Positions 19,601 through 31,915 of a DNA stretch of 64,000 bases are shown in pieces. Within the stretch, counting starts at the first letter, position 1, and every line of letters begins with the position of its first letter. The stretch comes from Gekko japonicus. Taxonomy: Eukaryota. The stretch lies in NCBI RefSeq assembly GCF_001447785.1, contig NW_015171503.1, positions 124,001-188,000 of the forward strand, read 5' to 3'. Under the pieces are notes generated by a model. It made no database searches. It had not been told where the DNA came from and saw nothing but the letters and a program-made list of their open reading frames with translations. The position numbers and the translations under genes were made by a program.

Positions 19601-22600
19601 TTATTTGCCATTAATGTGGCAGTGTAAACATTTTTTTAAAAAAGCTTGTATCAATAATGAATCCAGCATAATTCAAAACAAGACACAACCAGCCCAAATC
19701 CTGCATTGAACCAGGGGTTGGACTAGATGGCTTATATGGCCCCATCCAACTCTGTGATTCTATGATTCTATGAAAAATAGAGGTGTCATAAGCATGTTGA
19801 TGGCATTGTACTCCAAACTGCTCACTGATCAATCTCAGGGGTTGCACATATATCTTAAAAAGCAGACTCTTGTCCCAAAGCAGAGAAATGGCTACCAGTG
19901 GCACTCTCTAAAGCCAGACAGAACTACTGCCAAAGCAGTGCCCCCATCTCACATTCATCTCAAATGGTCCAGAAGGACTAGCTTTCTACAGTTTAAAAAA
20001 CTGAATAGGCAGAATTACACATCCTCTGTCCCCAACTCCAATGACAAGAGCCAACCAGACTCCTTGGAAAAGCTTCAGTCCCAAAACTTATTCTGAATTC
20101 TGACAGGTATGGTTCCAGAAAAACCCACCTCATCCAGGGATATTATCCCCATTTTTATATTTGAAATCCTATTTTAATCCATGAAAAATATTCCATAGTT
20201 ATAAAAACAAGGTAGACAGTCCTTCCTGCATGTATTTACCACTGATCAAGGACTCCTCAGGATAGATGAACTGGGCAGGCCTGATGTGGTGATGTCGTTT
20301 CAGCATTACCAAGGGTTTGAAGCCAATCAGAAATAAGCCTGGCGAACCAAAGTTCTTTACTTCTTCTGTCTCGTCTTTTTCAAACACTATCTGACGATTG
20401 CCATATGTCTAAAAAGAGGGCCAGAAGGGTGGAAAAGAGAAGTAACTACAAAAAGAAAGATGGCATCCACAGTCTTGCTTAACATAATGATGCCTGCTAG
20501 ACCATCTGGTACCTCAGATGTTTTATTCTTAGCAGCTTTTAAAAGGATACGACCAGTCTAAAGGACCTACATTATCAGTGTGAAAAAATGGTATCTGAAG
20601 GGTCCACAAATCACATCAGGCTATGCGTTGGATGTGGACTGAGCCAAACAATAGGGACCCCAAGCGTATGTAGAGATGGCATTATACATTCTATAGATTA
20701 TCTAAGTATTCAGCTCGTTGATCTTCCCATTATGATGGGCGGGCACAGGCTGTCAGTAGTAGACCAGGCACCAGGCTCTATAAGTTTCTGTTGCTATTAA
20801 AGTGATGGTGATAATCAATGTTCCCTCTAAGCTATGGAGTTCTTTGAGCAAAAAATCTACTTTGTGAGCTATTGGCATTAAAGTTGTGAGCAGGCGATTT
20901 GGCTGCTGCATCAATTAGTTTTCTCTGGAGCCATCCTCCCTGAGATAAGACAAAAATCTGTGAGCTAGCTCACACTAACTCAGCTTAGAGGAAACACTGG
21001 CCCTGCAAGACGGAGCTCTTTGACCAGGCTTTCAACTAGGAGCCACCGCCACCATCACCATTATCACCAGCATTATCACCAGCACTTTAATAGCAACAGA
21101 AACTTATAGAGCCTGGTGCCTGGTCTACTACTGACAGCCTGTGCCCGCCCATCATATATGGGAAGATCAACGAGCTGAATACTAAGATAATGCCATCTCT
21201 ATGACAGCAAAATACTTCCGCTAGCACTTTAATATGCTTTTAATGAATTGTTTTAGAAATTTTATGATATCTGAATGTTAGTATGCTTTTATTTGCGTAA
21301 GCCGCCCTGAGCGTGCTTAGGCGAGGAGGGCGGGGTACAAATTTGAAGAAATAAAAATAAATAGATTCTGCCCCAGCCTGACAGAGAGCCAGGGTTCATC
21401 ACACTTGCCAGAAACATTAGTAATGCCTCTGGGGAGCCCATTCATAGGACCCAGCACTATTTTCTTATGTATTTTACTTATTTAAGAGATGTTTTAACAC
21501 ACGCACACTACCAACCTCAAAGTGGCTTCCAACCACACACATACACAGAAATCATTATAATCCCAATAAAAATAACCAGGCACACAGCAAAACCTCACCA
21601 AACCAACTCATGTTTTTGAAACGTTTGCCAGGTTTCCTTTAAAGTCCACCAGTTGATCTAGAATGTACAGTGAATGTTTTGTTTCTTGGTGAAGACATGA
21701 ATTAGTGCACCACTTTCACATTAAAAACAAAACAACAACAAAAGACTTGCCGTATTAACAAAACCTAATTTGTGACTGACAGGAGAAAATGTAGTTTTAA
21801 CAAAACAGAAAATTAAAGAAAGTACTTAAAACCAACTCTGATGTACAACACGTTATGACCTAGAATCAGAGATTCCCCACTGAGGAGCTCATAGGCACTA
21901 TGGTGCCAACTTCCTTCTTGCCCAAAACATCTGTTCCCCAACAGCCAGTCCTGGATTTCCTCCATCTCACTGGAACAGGAAGGGCTTCAGAAGACCCCAA
22001 GAGGAATCATCTTTATGTCTGCAGGGACCACCTATTCAAGAAACAGCTACTCCGTCACAAGAGGATTCTTAGCTTGGAACCTCCCCACATCCTGATGTGA
22101 CCTTGGGTCAGTCACAAGCTCTGGCACAGCTGTCCTTGAAGAAGAGCAGTTTCTGTCAGAGCTCTCTCAGCCCCACCCACCTCACGGGGTGTCTGTTGTG
22201 GGGAGGGGAAGGGAAAGGAGTTTGTAAGCCGCTCTGAGACTCCAAGTGAAGGGCGGGGTATAAATCCAATCTCTTCTCTTCTTCATCTCCCAAAATCATC
22301 TTTGGTCAATAAATTGTATGCAAATAGGTCTTAAGGATCACAACAGGACCCAGTGAATGAAGCAGTTGCTACAGGCAGACATAGACCAGACTGTTATAGC
22401 CTGTCAACCATGATCAATATTATGATTTGTACCTGAAAGGCTTCCCCAGATTGGCCTGCAAGTTTTCTGACATAGGAAAATTCAAGGAAGGTGGGCGATT
22501 AAATTCTCAAGATGCATTACCTGAGCCCTCTTGGTGTCACTAGGGAGAAGTAAACTACCTGTCTCTCGATTAAAGGTTCGGGTTTTTGTTTTCACTGGCT

Positions 22601-25600
22601 CATTAGTTTCCCTGTAAAGTTTTATTGGAGGCTGTTTGAAAGCTTTCTGGACCAGGTTGTAAATGCCAACAGCAAGAGCCATATCTTTTCCCAAGTAGAA
22701 GTTCAGCCTGTGAGGAATCAACAAATATAGATTCAAATATAGAAATCATACATTATATTCCAATTTCCACTTTTAAAAATGAAGCACATCAAAAGATTCT
22801 CAGAACAGCATAAACTTTCCATAGTTTAATATTTATCCAGCTCTCATTTCTTAATAAGTCTGTCTAATTGAGAAGGCTGCCTACAGGTATCTTGACCCTC
22901 TCCCCTCAGCAGCTGATCAGGAGAAATTTCTCTTGATACTCACCTAGCCAAAGCTCGCTTTCTGGTCTCCTTTGCTCTTACTTTCTTCATTAGGTCTTCT
23001 AACTTGCTGGATTCACCAAACTGCACTCCTAAGTCCTCATCTTCTGCAGTATAAATGATATCCCTGTAGAACAAGGCAATATCAAACCCCCCAGGCTTCT
23101 TCAGGTGCATTAAATCGAGGTAAATACCTGGAGTTAAAGCAGAATAGGGAAAAAGTAACCAATTTCCTGAGTATACTAGGACAAACATTTTACAGGTCTA
23201 CATTTTGCAGAACGGCTTAAATGGTGAAAAAATAAGAACAAAGATCCTGAGAAAGAGATTGAAGGTGGAGTCCATATTTGGTTTTTCCCCTACTTCAAAG
23301 AAAAATAACCTTTGTACTAAACCAATTACATTATGTTTGGCAATGAATCAGAGAGAACATGTCCCCTGCTTTAGGGTCAGTTTCCATCACAAGTCTTAAT
23401 CAGAGGGATATTTCCATTAAAAAAAAAGGTTTGTCTAGTCATGACTCAAACATGGATATCAATTCATAGCAAATCCTTGTACAACATTTCTGATACCCAA
23501 AACCAAGTTATCTAGACAAACAAAAAGATTACTCCTATCAAACGGCACTGGAGTCAATCTCAGGCCAGTTTTCTTGTTAACACCAGCGCCAACAGTGAAG
23601 AGCTTAGGTGTGATCTTGGATGCCTCATTATCAATGGAGGCCCAAGCCATGAATGTTGCTAGATCTGCATTTTTCCACCTCTGGCAGGTCAAGCAACTGG
23701 TTCCCTCCCTGCCTCCCTGCAACCTCCAGGCTGGACTATTGTAATGCACTCTATGCAGGGCTACGCTTGAAACTGATCTGGAAACTGCAGCTGGTCCAGA
23801 ATGCAGTGGCGCATATTCTTACTGCCAGCTGCACTGGCTCCCAGCTGAATCCTGGATTAAGTTCAAGATCTTGGTTTTGACCTTTAAAGCCAACATACCT
23901 TCAGGACTGCCTTTCTCGGTATGTCCCTCAAAGAGCATTACGCTTGATGGATCAACATCTGCTGGTGATCCCCAGTTTGAAGGAGGTCCACTTAGCCTCA
24001 ACCACAGCCACAACCTTCTCAGCTCTGGCACCTGTCAAGTGGAACACTCTCCCAAGAGAGATCCAGGCCCCGTAAGACTTATTACTGTTTCACAGGGCCT
24101 GTAAAACAAAGATGTTCTGCCAGGCCTATGGTTGAGGCAGTGGAATTCAATTAGTACCGGCCTCTCCTGGTGCATCTTTATCCTACTGGTTTCTACTCAT
24201 CTACCCACCTCCTGTAACCATATGATATGATGTTTGAATGGACACATGAGTAAGTATATCATTTGGCACCATATGATATGATGTTTATAATTGGATTTTA
24301 TTGACAGTTGACATCATGTTGACTATTTTATTGTAAATTATTTTACTGTTGCAATCCACCCTGAGCCTTGCTATGCAGGGGAGGACTAGAAATGTAATAA
24401 AATTAAAAAATAACATATCAAAAGATAGCACTGAGTAAACACTACTTGGCTGGTTGAAAGGAAGCATCATTTTCAATACAAAGTACTGACCTGTCTCTCG
24501 AAGATCAGCAGCTTTAGTCCGAGCAAACTTGGCTTTGACACTGTCGTTACCATGAGGATCGTCATCGTTGGTGAACAGCATGACCCTCTTGTGGCTCATC
24601 TTAAGGCGGACTTCACTGAAGAGATTGGAGCAAACCCAGAGTGCTTCACCCAAAGAGTAATCAGTACTATGGCCAAATGACTTGCGGAAGAGCGCTTTTC
24701 CTTGTTCTCCTTTGTATTTGCCTAGTTCTAACACTCGTTTTGCCCCTGATAGTAGACAACAGAAACCAAAAGCAGATAACGGTGGTTTACCCACATCACA
24801 ACAAAACAGAAGTGCAGATGATGGCTGCTCTTCTATACCAAGACTTGCTAGCCAATTTTTACACATCATTCACTATGCTTAACCTTTTAGTCTAATACCA
24901 GTTTCTTATGCCTTAAAGGACTCATAAAGTTTTTGTACTATTACTGCCAAGTGTCTGCATAAGCCTTTAAAAGACAATAATTCAAAATTCTTTCAAAGTC
25001 TCCTGTTGAAGGGGCTTAAGAGTGATACGCAAGGACAGAGAGGAATAACAGAATGGAAAATATTAGCAGAAGACAGCTGAGGCCCATCGCGTCAATGATA
25101 CCTTTGTTTTAAGGGCCAATTCACATGACTCTATTAGCAAAAAAATAAATAAAAAAGGAGCAAGATGACCTGATCCAAAAGCTATAGTCAGATCCCATTC
25201 AAGTCCTCACATGCTTAAGGTTCCACAAAACAAATTCCATAAATGGGTTGGAGAGGGCATACAAAGCATATGGTAAACTGCTGCCTCACAACTACTTCAC
25301 TGCAGACTAAAATGCATTTGCAACACAGACCAAGTTACCCCAGATAAACCCATAAGAAGGGCCACTTTTGTTGTACCTCAAAGAAAATATTGCTATACCG
25401 AAACACTGCAAAGAAGTTTATTCTTTGAAATGCTGTTGTTGACAAATTTTATTAATTGGCCATTTTATTAGTCATTGTATGTTTAATACAGGCCTCCTGA
25501 TCTTTAGCTTTTGAGTCAACACAGTCTGGAATGCTAATCTAAGTGAAATGTCAGGCATTTGGGAAAAGGCAGGCAAATTGTGGAACGAGAATGAACCCAA

Positions 25601-28600
25601 AGACAAACTGAAGCCAAGCGGGAAAAATTCTTGATCAATAATATAAGGCTAGTCAAGGATCTATGAGGAATGTTTTGATAAAATAACAAATGCCAGTTCC
25701 TAAGAATGTAGTGAGCTGTGTTCTACTAAGATAATCATGATATACCACACCTTTAATCTAACTAAGAGATGTTTTATATAACTAATTTTCAGGGCTGGGC
25801 TCATTCCTTACACTAACATAATTAAAGAGATATGGTACAAATGTATTTAGGGATGGCTGGTACACAGGTCCTAAGATAGATAAAGAATAGATAACTCAAT
25901 AGAAGAAATAAGATTTATAATAGAGTTGCTTTAATCTAGAACCCAAATTCAGATCAACAGAGACCAATAAGAGCTTATTACAACTTTGGGGATCTAATAA
26001 GCAATGAATAAAGGGGCCATGAATTTGGAAGAAAGCAGAGTAAAGTTCTGCCGGGCTGACTGGGGTTCAAAGCTTAATCAGCCCAGGCAATTAACAGAGT
26101 TCTATCTTGGAACTGCCAAGCAAACTGAGTTAATCTGGTGAGCTAGATAAGGACTAGATAGGCTATAGAATTTTTTTATAAGGTCCACTGGGAGCAATAA
26201 AGTGTGTATTGCATGATCTAGTCTTATTCTGTTTCAACTGTAATAAAGTACAAGCCACCACAGGTAAAAAGCACAGTGAAAACTCTACTGATGGAAAGTC
26301 TTACAGAATGAGTAAGAATCAGCAGCACTGTGAGGGAAAACAAGGCAGAGGAAAAATCTGAATTGCAACAGATCAGTCAACAGAACATTCCTGTTTAATG
26401 CATTCTCTCTCCACAGATTAGCTTTACAGATTCTCTTTACCTGGATTGTCCAAATCCTGAAGGACATAAATGTGCTTAAAGTCCACGGAATTCTTGTACT
26501 GCTCAGTGCCATAAAATACTACACCAACAAGGTCCCTGTCATGACTGATGATCTTGTTTGTGTACACGTTCTGAATACACTAGTAAAAAAAAAAAAGTTA
26601 GCTGGAAAAAGAACGGGACTACCATAAAAAATTAAAACTGCAGTTTCTATTTTTAAGGGTTATAACGATGTTTTGAACTACACTTCACAGGACATTTACA
26701 TATACTGGAATCTAGATGGTTGTATTAGAAAGCTCGATATTGCCTTTATAGAGAAATCGTTTTGATAGTTCCAGAACTATCCTGTCCACACTTAGTTGGA
26801 CTCAGCTTTACTAAACACAGTAGGACTTACTTCTGAGTAAGCATGCACAGTATTTTGAATTTTTTTTTTTTTTAAAGGATAGGACTGGGCTGCATGGTAC
26901 TTAGGAAGATGCCCATCCCCATAGGACCTAAACATCATAACAATATGTATTTCTGGATATATAATGCAATTTCAATTCCTAAGAATTAGACCTTAATATA
27001 TTACATTGTAGCATACAATACAACTTTTCCAATTATTTAAAATCACCTATGGATGAAGACAGAATAATTTCCAGAGGCTATTCCTCTGCCAACAGATTTT
27101 TGTCTCCTTTCTAAGCATAGACAGCATCTAAACTGTATACTAAAAAATGTTTCAACAAAAGAAAGAAAGTTGAAAGAGCACCGGTTTTATCCTCCTTGCA
27201 ATGCTTTATACATCCCAGGGTAGTACATAGACAACACAGAGATAAGCAAAACAAACTGATAGTTCTATTACCTTCTGGTGAATAATTTCTACTAATGTAG
27301 CTACAAGATGGGTTCTTTCAAACTACATGATGTGCAACCAACATTAATTATTAACTGCTGGTCTTACCTGGATTGTCATATCAAAAGGAGCCAAGTCATC
27401 ATCATCATCATCATCATAGGAGTCAAACATGGCTCTTGAAGCATCCACCAAGAAAACCAAGGTGTCCCGACCTGCATATTTATATTCTCCTGTAGAAGAC
27501 AGGGTCAAACCGATAAATGAATCACACTCTTACTCAATTTTTGTATTGAAATATGTTGCTTATATGAAATATGTTTTTAATATGTTAGTTGTGATCATTT
27601 CATGCCAAGTAAAATTATCCGTAGTTATATTTTATGTCCCTAAAGTAACAGAATGACTTTCAATCTGTAAAAAAAAAAAGAAGTCCTAATGTAACATTTT
27701 TTTTCATTTTTTTCTGAAAATTTCTATTTCCCCCAGAAAAAAATGGAAAAAAACCTGGGGTTTTCCCCCTGAGCTTCAAAATTTCTGGAAATTTTACATC
27801 TCTAGCCCTCACCCAATGGAATTCACTCTCTTGTGACACCCACGCCCTGCAGGACTTTTTTCGTTTCTGCAGGGTTTGTGAGGTCGAATGGTTCCGAAGG
27901 TTAATCAGATTTTCTGGGCTGGTTTGATATTGGTATGGTTCTGAATAATAATCTTAATGTGATATGGATTATCTGATTTTAGTTGGATTTTTAACTCATT
28001 TATTGTGATGTTCAAGCCCAGTGCCACCTTTAAGACCAACAAAGTTTAATTCTGGGTAGGGCTGCCAAGTCCCCCTGGGGGGCGGAAACCCCCCCGCCCC
28101 AGAGGCCCCTTTCCCGACACCCGGGAATCGGGCCGAACCCTGCCCCAGCATGCACGTCACACGGAAGTGACGTTATGACGTCGGGCACGCTGGGGGCAGG
28201 ACCATGGCCATACAAGGGAAAACTCTATGGTTTTCCCTTGTATGGTCATGGCCCTGCCCCCAGCATGCCCGGCGTCATGATGTCACTTCCCTGTGATGTG
28301 GATGTGGCGGGCACGCGCGCCGGGATCCAAACAGGATTCCCCCACCGGCAGGGTAAGTACCACTTGGCAACCCTAATTCTGGGTAACAAGGTCAGTTTAT
28401 ATATGTTTTGGTACCCCTGAAGCTTTAGTTACATGCATGGTTACACAGGAAGCTCCCTTATACCGAATAGTGTCAGGGTGTTTTTTTTTTAAGTGTTCAT
28501 ACATATTTCTCAAAAATATTTTTATCCTGCCTATTTTCTTTGCTCTCTTTTTTTCTGTTCGTTTTGTTTATTCCGTTTTTACTCAACCTTCATGCCATTT

Positions 28601-29959
28601 ATATGCAAAACCGGGCGCCGATTTTAACGGTTATGTTTGTGTTGAATTTCAATTTTCTCATCCCTGCTCTTTCATCTTGAAAAGCCCCGTATCAATTTCA
28701 CTTCTCCCTTGTGCAAACTGATCTCTTGTTCTAGCCTGTCTTCCCTGGCGATAAAATGTTCCCATAAAATGTGCTAATTTTTTTTTTTTAAAAAAGTTTA
28801 TTTGTGCATCAGCAAATTATCTTCAGTCTCTTGGACAGAAAGGAGCCATTTCACTCATCCTGGAGACTCCCGCTGGTCCAAGGAGCCTGCTGCCAGAGTA
28901 TAGCTTCAGAGGACAGTCATGTTGGTCTACAGTAGTTTTTGAGAGTTCCCTTTGTTAGATACCAGTAGGGATGGAAATCCAAGAGTCCTTATGTTAAATA
29001 GTGGGTTCCATGGATTAACAGACTCCCAGTCTAGTGATCGAGTCTACTTTATTCAGTGATTTCAGCAAGAACAAGACTGTGGACCAGANNNNNNNNNNNN
29101 NNNNNNNNNNNNNNNNNNNNNNNNNNNNNNNNNNNNNNNNNNNNNNNNNNNNNNNNNNNNNNNNNNNNNNNNNNNNNNNNNNNNNNNNNNNNNNNNNNNN
29201 NNNNNNNNNNNNNNNNNNNNNNNNNNNNNNNNNNNNNNNNCGCCCTTCACTTAGAGTCTCAGAGCGGCTTACAAACTCCCTTCCCTTCCCCTCCCCACAA
29301 CAGACACCCCGTGAGGTGGGTGGGGCTGAGAGAACTCTGACACAAACTGCTCTTTTTCAAGGACCGCTGTGCCAGAGCTTGTGACTGACCCAAGGTCACA
29401 TCAGCAGGTGCAAGTGGAGGAGTGGGGAATCAAACCCAGTTCTCCCAGATTAGAGTCCACACACTTCAGTCTCTTGGACCAAACTGGCCTGCAATGGCCA
29501 CACCCCAACAAATTTTTCCAAAAATTTCCATTTTCCCCCAAAATGGGTTTTTTCCCACGCTTCAACATTTCTGGAAATTTTACATCTCTAATAGAAACTG
29601 CAGCCTCTAACCAGGAAGTTTTTTCAGACACTACCTGCATATCTAAAATAGGCACTACCTACATATTTTACTTACTTTTGTCAGCAGCTATCTTTTAAAA
29701 AAAAAACACTTACCCTAGTATTGTGCACCAGTTGTCAAAGTCTACCAAATTCCGCATAAGTTTTCTCATGTGCAGATCCCTGCCTGTACTAGTTCCCAGA
29801 TGTTCTCAGGCCAGCGGCAACTTCAGTTCAGCATTTCCCTAAGTTAAAGTAACAGCAAAAGCCCCCAGGATGACTCTTACCAATGGCTTCAACTTCTCCA
29901 TCTTGATCCTCCTCTTCTTCGCCCTCTTCATGTTTGTAGTATGATACCCAGTCTGACAT
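13444..29959 (-). CDS. XRCC6: X-ray repair cross-complementing protein 6 (Ku70), complete, 12 coding exons, 613 aa
   Basis: Exon lengths 79+122+139+255+184+187+169+162+130+101+114+200=1842 nt, all GT-AG and in phase. Motifs: vWA ([24 protein letters not shown]), beta-barrel core ([35 protein letters not shown]), C-terminal SAP ([18 protein letters not shown]). Confidence 0.97.
14015..14128 (-). CDS. XRCC6: XRCC6 coding exon 11
   Basis: [38 protein letters not shown]. Confidence 0.95.
15575..15675 (-). CDS. XRCC6: XRCC6 coding exon 10
   Basis: [33 protein letters not shown]. Confidence 0.95.
16860..16989 (-). CDS. XRCC6: XRCC6 coding exon 9
   Basis: [43 protein letters not shown]. Confidence 0.95.
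17327..17964 (+). mobile_element. Putative solo LTR
   Basis: TGTA...TACA ends, CCAAT/TATTTA-like core and AATAAA; no convincing TSD. Confidence 0.4.
18052..18258. mobile_element. hAT MITE (CAGGGTTCCCTCTAAGCT...AGCTTAGAGGGAACATTG)
   Basis: TIRs plus perfect 8-bp TSD GTCATGAC. Confidence 0.9.
18870..19061 (-). mobile_element. tRNA-derived SINE
   Basis: Reverse complement of the 1614 type. Confidence 0.7.
19126..19287 (-). CDS. XRCC6: XRCC6 coding exon 8
   Basis: [54 protein letters not shown]. Confidence 0.95.
19697..19772 (+). mobile_element. CR1 LINE 3' end
   Basis: GGGTTGGACTAGATG...CCAACTCTGTGATTCTATGATTCTATG octamer tail diagnostic of CR1. Confidence 0.8.
20240..20408 (-). CDS. XRCC6: XRCC6 coding exon 7
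   Basis: [18 protein letters not shown]...[10 protein letters not shown]. Confidence 0.95.
20816..20999. mobile_element. hAT MITE, same family as 18052, opposite orientation, no TSD
   Basis: CAATGTTCCCTCTAAGCT...AGCTTAGAGGAAACACTG. Confidence 0.85.
21000..21365 (+). mobile_element. L2-like LINE 3' end
   Basis: AAGACGGAGCTCTTTGACCAGGC ORF2 end; GTAAGCCGCCCTGAG...GGGCGGGGTACAAAT and (TAAA)n tail. Confidence 0.6.
22079..22284 (+). mobile_element. 5'-truncated tRNA-derived SINE
   Basis: Matches 11065-11262. Confidence 0.75.
22521..22707 (-). CDS. XRCC6: XRCC6 coding exon 6
   Basis: [22 protein letters not shown]...[11 protein letters not shown]. Confidence 0.95.
22944..23127 (-). CDS. XRCC6: XRCC6 coding exon 5
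   Basis: [16 protein letters not shown]...ETRKRALA. Confidence 0.95.
23570..24412 (+). mobile_element. L2 LINE 3' fragment (decayed ORF2 end plus 3' UTR)
   Basis: Frameshifted KSLGVILD / [25 protein letters not shown] motif typical of L2 ORF2; CCACCCTGAGCC..A-rich tail. Confidence 0.8.
24491..24745 (-). CDS. XRCC6: XRCC6 coding exon 4
   Basis: [13 protein letters not shown]...TKAADLRET; donor |gtcagt. Confidence 0.95.
25707..26262 (+). mobile_element. Putative solo LTR
   Basis: TGTAGTG...CACCACA ends, TTTATAAG and AATAAA; no clear TSD. Confidence 0.3.
26441..26579 (-). CDS. XRCC6: XRCC6 coding exon 3
   Basis: [46 protein letters not shown]. Confidence 0.95.
27368..27489 (-). CDS. XRCC6: XRCC6 coding exon 2
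   Basis: [40 protein letters not shown]. Confidence 0.95.
28057..28375. mobile_element. hAT MITE, TAGGGYTGCCA ends, internal palindrome
   Basis: TIRs plus perfect 8-bp TSD ATTCTGGG. Confidence 0.9.
29089..29240. other. Assembly gap
   Basis: Run of N. Confidence 1.
29241..29500 (-). mobile_element. tRNA-derived SINE abutting an assembly gap
   Basis: Reverse complement of the 10995 type. Confidence 0.75.
29881..29959 (-). CDS. XRCC6: XRCC6 coding exon 1 (gene exon 2; acceptor at 29974)
   Basis: [26 protein letters not shown]; donor |gtaaga. Confidence 0.92.
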
Positions 29960-30101
29960 GGCTTACACGTCTCACTACAGAGAACAGAAGAAGTTAGAAG
30001 ATATTGTTTAGCAAGTTAGTCCAAACTCAGGTTAGTCCAAAATTCTGAGTGCATAGTTAAGCAATCTCCCTCCCTACAATCTCCTCACTCAAATTAGCAG
30101 G

Positions 30102-30535
30102 TTTATTTCTTTATTTGAATTTTTTAGCCCACCCTCCTCTGCACAGCAGGGCTCAGGGCAGGTTACAACAGAAATATACACAATAAGATAAAACAATTAA
30201 AACACAATATACACAATATTTTTTAAAAAACACCTATACAGCAGCAAATACTACATAGGATAGCAATCAAAGACAGTTAGTAAGCAGCCCCAGAGGGCTT
30301 TCAGTATGTATGCCCATTGATGGAACCAGGTATTAGGCAAATGGCAGAGAGCAATGGACACTGCCACATAGATGGCGCAGAAGCAGGGTAAGGGAGGCCA
30401 ATGGAGTTGGATCTCTGCCACCTCAACCGTAGGCCTGGCAGAACATCTCCGTTCTACAGGCCCTACGGAGCTGCAACAAATCCCGCAGGGCCCTGATCTC
30501 CTTTGAGAGAGTGTTCCACCAGGCCGGAGCCAAAG
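30102..30535 (-). mobile_element. L2 LINE 3' end
   Basis: Reverse complement of the 24040-24410 type sequence. Confidence 0.7.
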
Positions 30536-31741
30536 CCAAAAAGGCTGCTTTTCATTTAAAAAGGAGATTGTGCATGTACCTCTCCCATTATGCAAGGGTC
30601 TAGGTTTGAAACCCAAGGCTAATTTTGAATCACAGTGGCTGGTATCAAGCCACTCACAGAGCAGTCCTTGAAGGAGTGGGGCTTCCCTTTCCCACTGCAG
30701 CCCACTGAGCCCAGAAATTGCTGCTTCTGATGACAAGAGTGCCCTGAAGTTTTTGAAAATATGTGACTGGATACAAAACAGCAACCCTTTCATTGTCAGC
30801 AAACTGTCCACCCTGCTAAAAGAATTCTGTAAACTCACCACACCACATGTAATAATAAAAAAACTTTTTATAATATCAGCCTAAGAGGAAGAATGTGAAG
30901 ATCAGCAAATAAAGTGAAATCATTGTATCTGTATCAACCTTCCCACAACAGCTGCTCTTTTTGCAACATTAACATTATTTCTGATTTTCTGTAGACAGGT
31001 GATTCCATGATTGCTAAAAATCACTTGCCTGCCTCTAAGAATCACTGCCAGCCAACTAGCCAATTCTGTTATTCAGAAATGTCCTGCATAAATAATTGAT
31101 GTCAAGATAACAGATCTGTTCCTGGCCACCTACAGCCAAGCAAGGCTTACACCACTTGCAGAATATACTCTCATCTACTTCAACTAATCTACTTCAACTA
31201 TAACAATGGCAGACACACTTTTTGATGCTCCTGGAGTAATACCATTAGGGGAACCACACACCTTCAAAGTACGAGGAACTACAGATGTGATCACAGACTA
31301 GGCATATCACTGTGAAGAAGATACAGGATGCTGAGATCTTGCTTCAGATCTTACACAGAAACTGAAACAGTGAAAGCAACTCACACATAAACTATTTCAA
31401 AAACCGGGAACCCCCTATATTTGTGTAGCCCAAGCCTATGCATGCTTACTTGAAAATAAATCCCTCTGAGTCCAGTAGGATTTATTTCCTGTGCACATGA
31501 TCGATTCTTCAGAGGAAGTGTATCACACTATCAAGAAGTCTTCTGTTCCTTGCCATCCTAACTTGGTACATAATCAATAAGAAGGCAAAGGCCTCTTGGC
31601 TGATCTCAGTGTTTGTTTACACACAGGTAGATGAGCTTGGCATATTGGGAGCAGGTCCTGTAACATTTGTTTATATGCTTAATCCTCAGCGAAACACATC
31701 TGATGAAGTAGATTTTTGGACACAAAAGTTCATATCTCAAC

Positions 31742-31915
31742 AGAGCCAGTACAGTGTATGGACTAGGATCCGGAAGACCCAGGTTCAAATCCTCACTCTA
31801 CCCTGGAAGCTCACTAGGTAACCTTGGGCCAGTCCCTCTCTTATTCTAACCTACCTCATAGGGTTGTTACAAGGATAAAATGGAGGAGAGGAAGATGTTA
31901 TAAGCTGCTTTGGGG
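31742..31915 (+). mobile_element. tRNA-derived SINE, degraded
   Basis: AGAGCCAG head, GGTTCAAATCC B box, body like the 1614 copy. Confidence 0.65.

Noticed and set aside
30251-30841. 196-aa minus-strand ORF
   Set aside because: Partly an L2 3' remnant; non-ATG start, no domain
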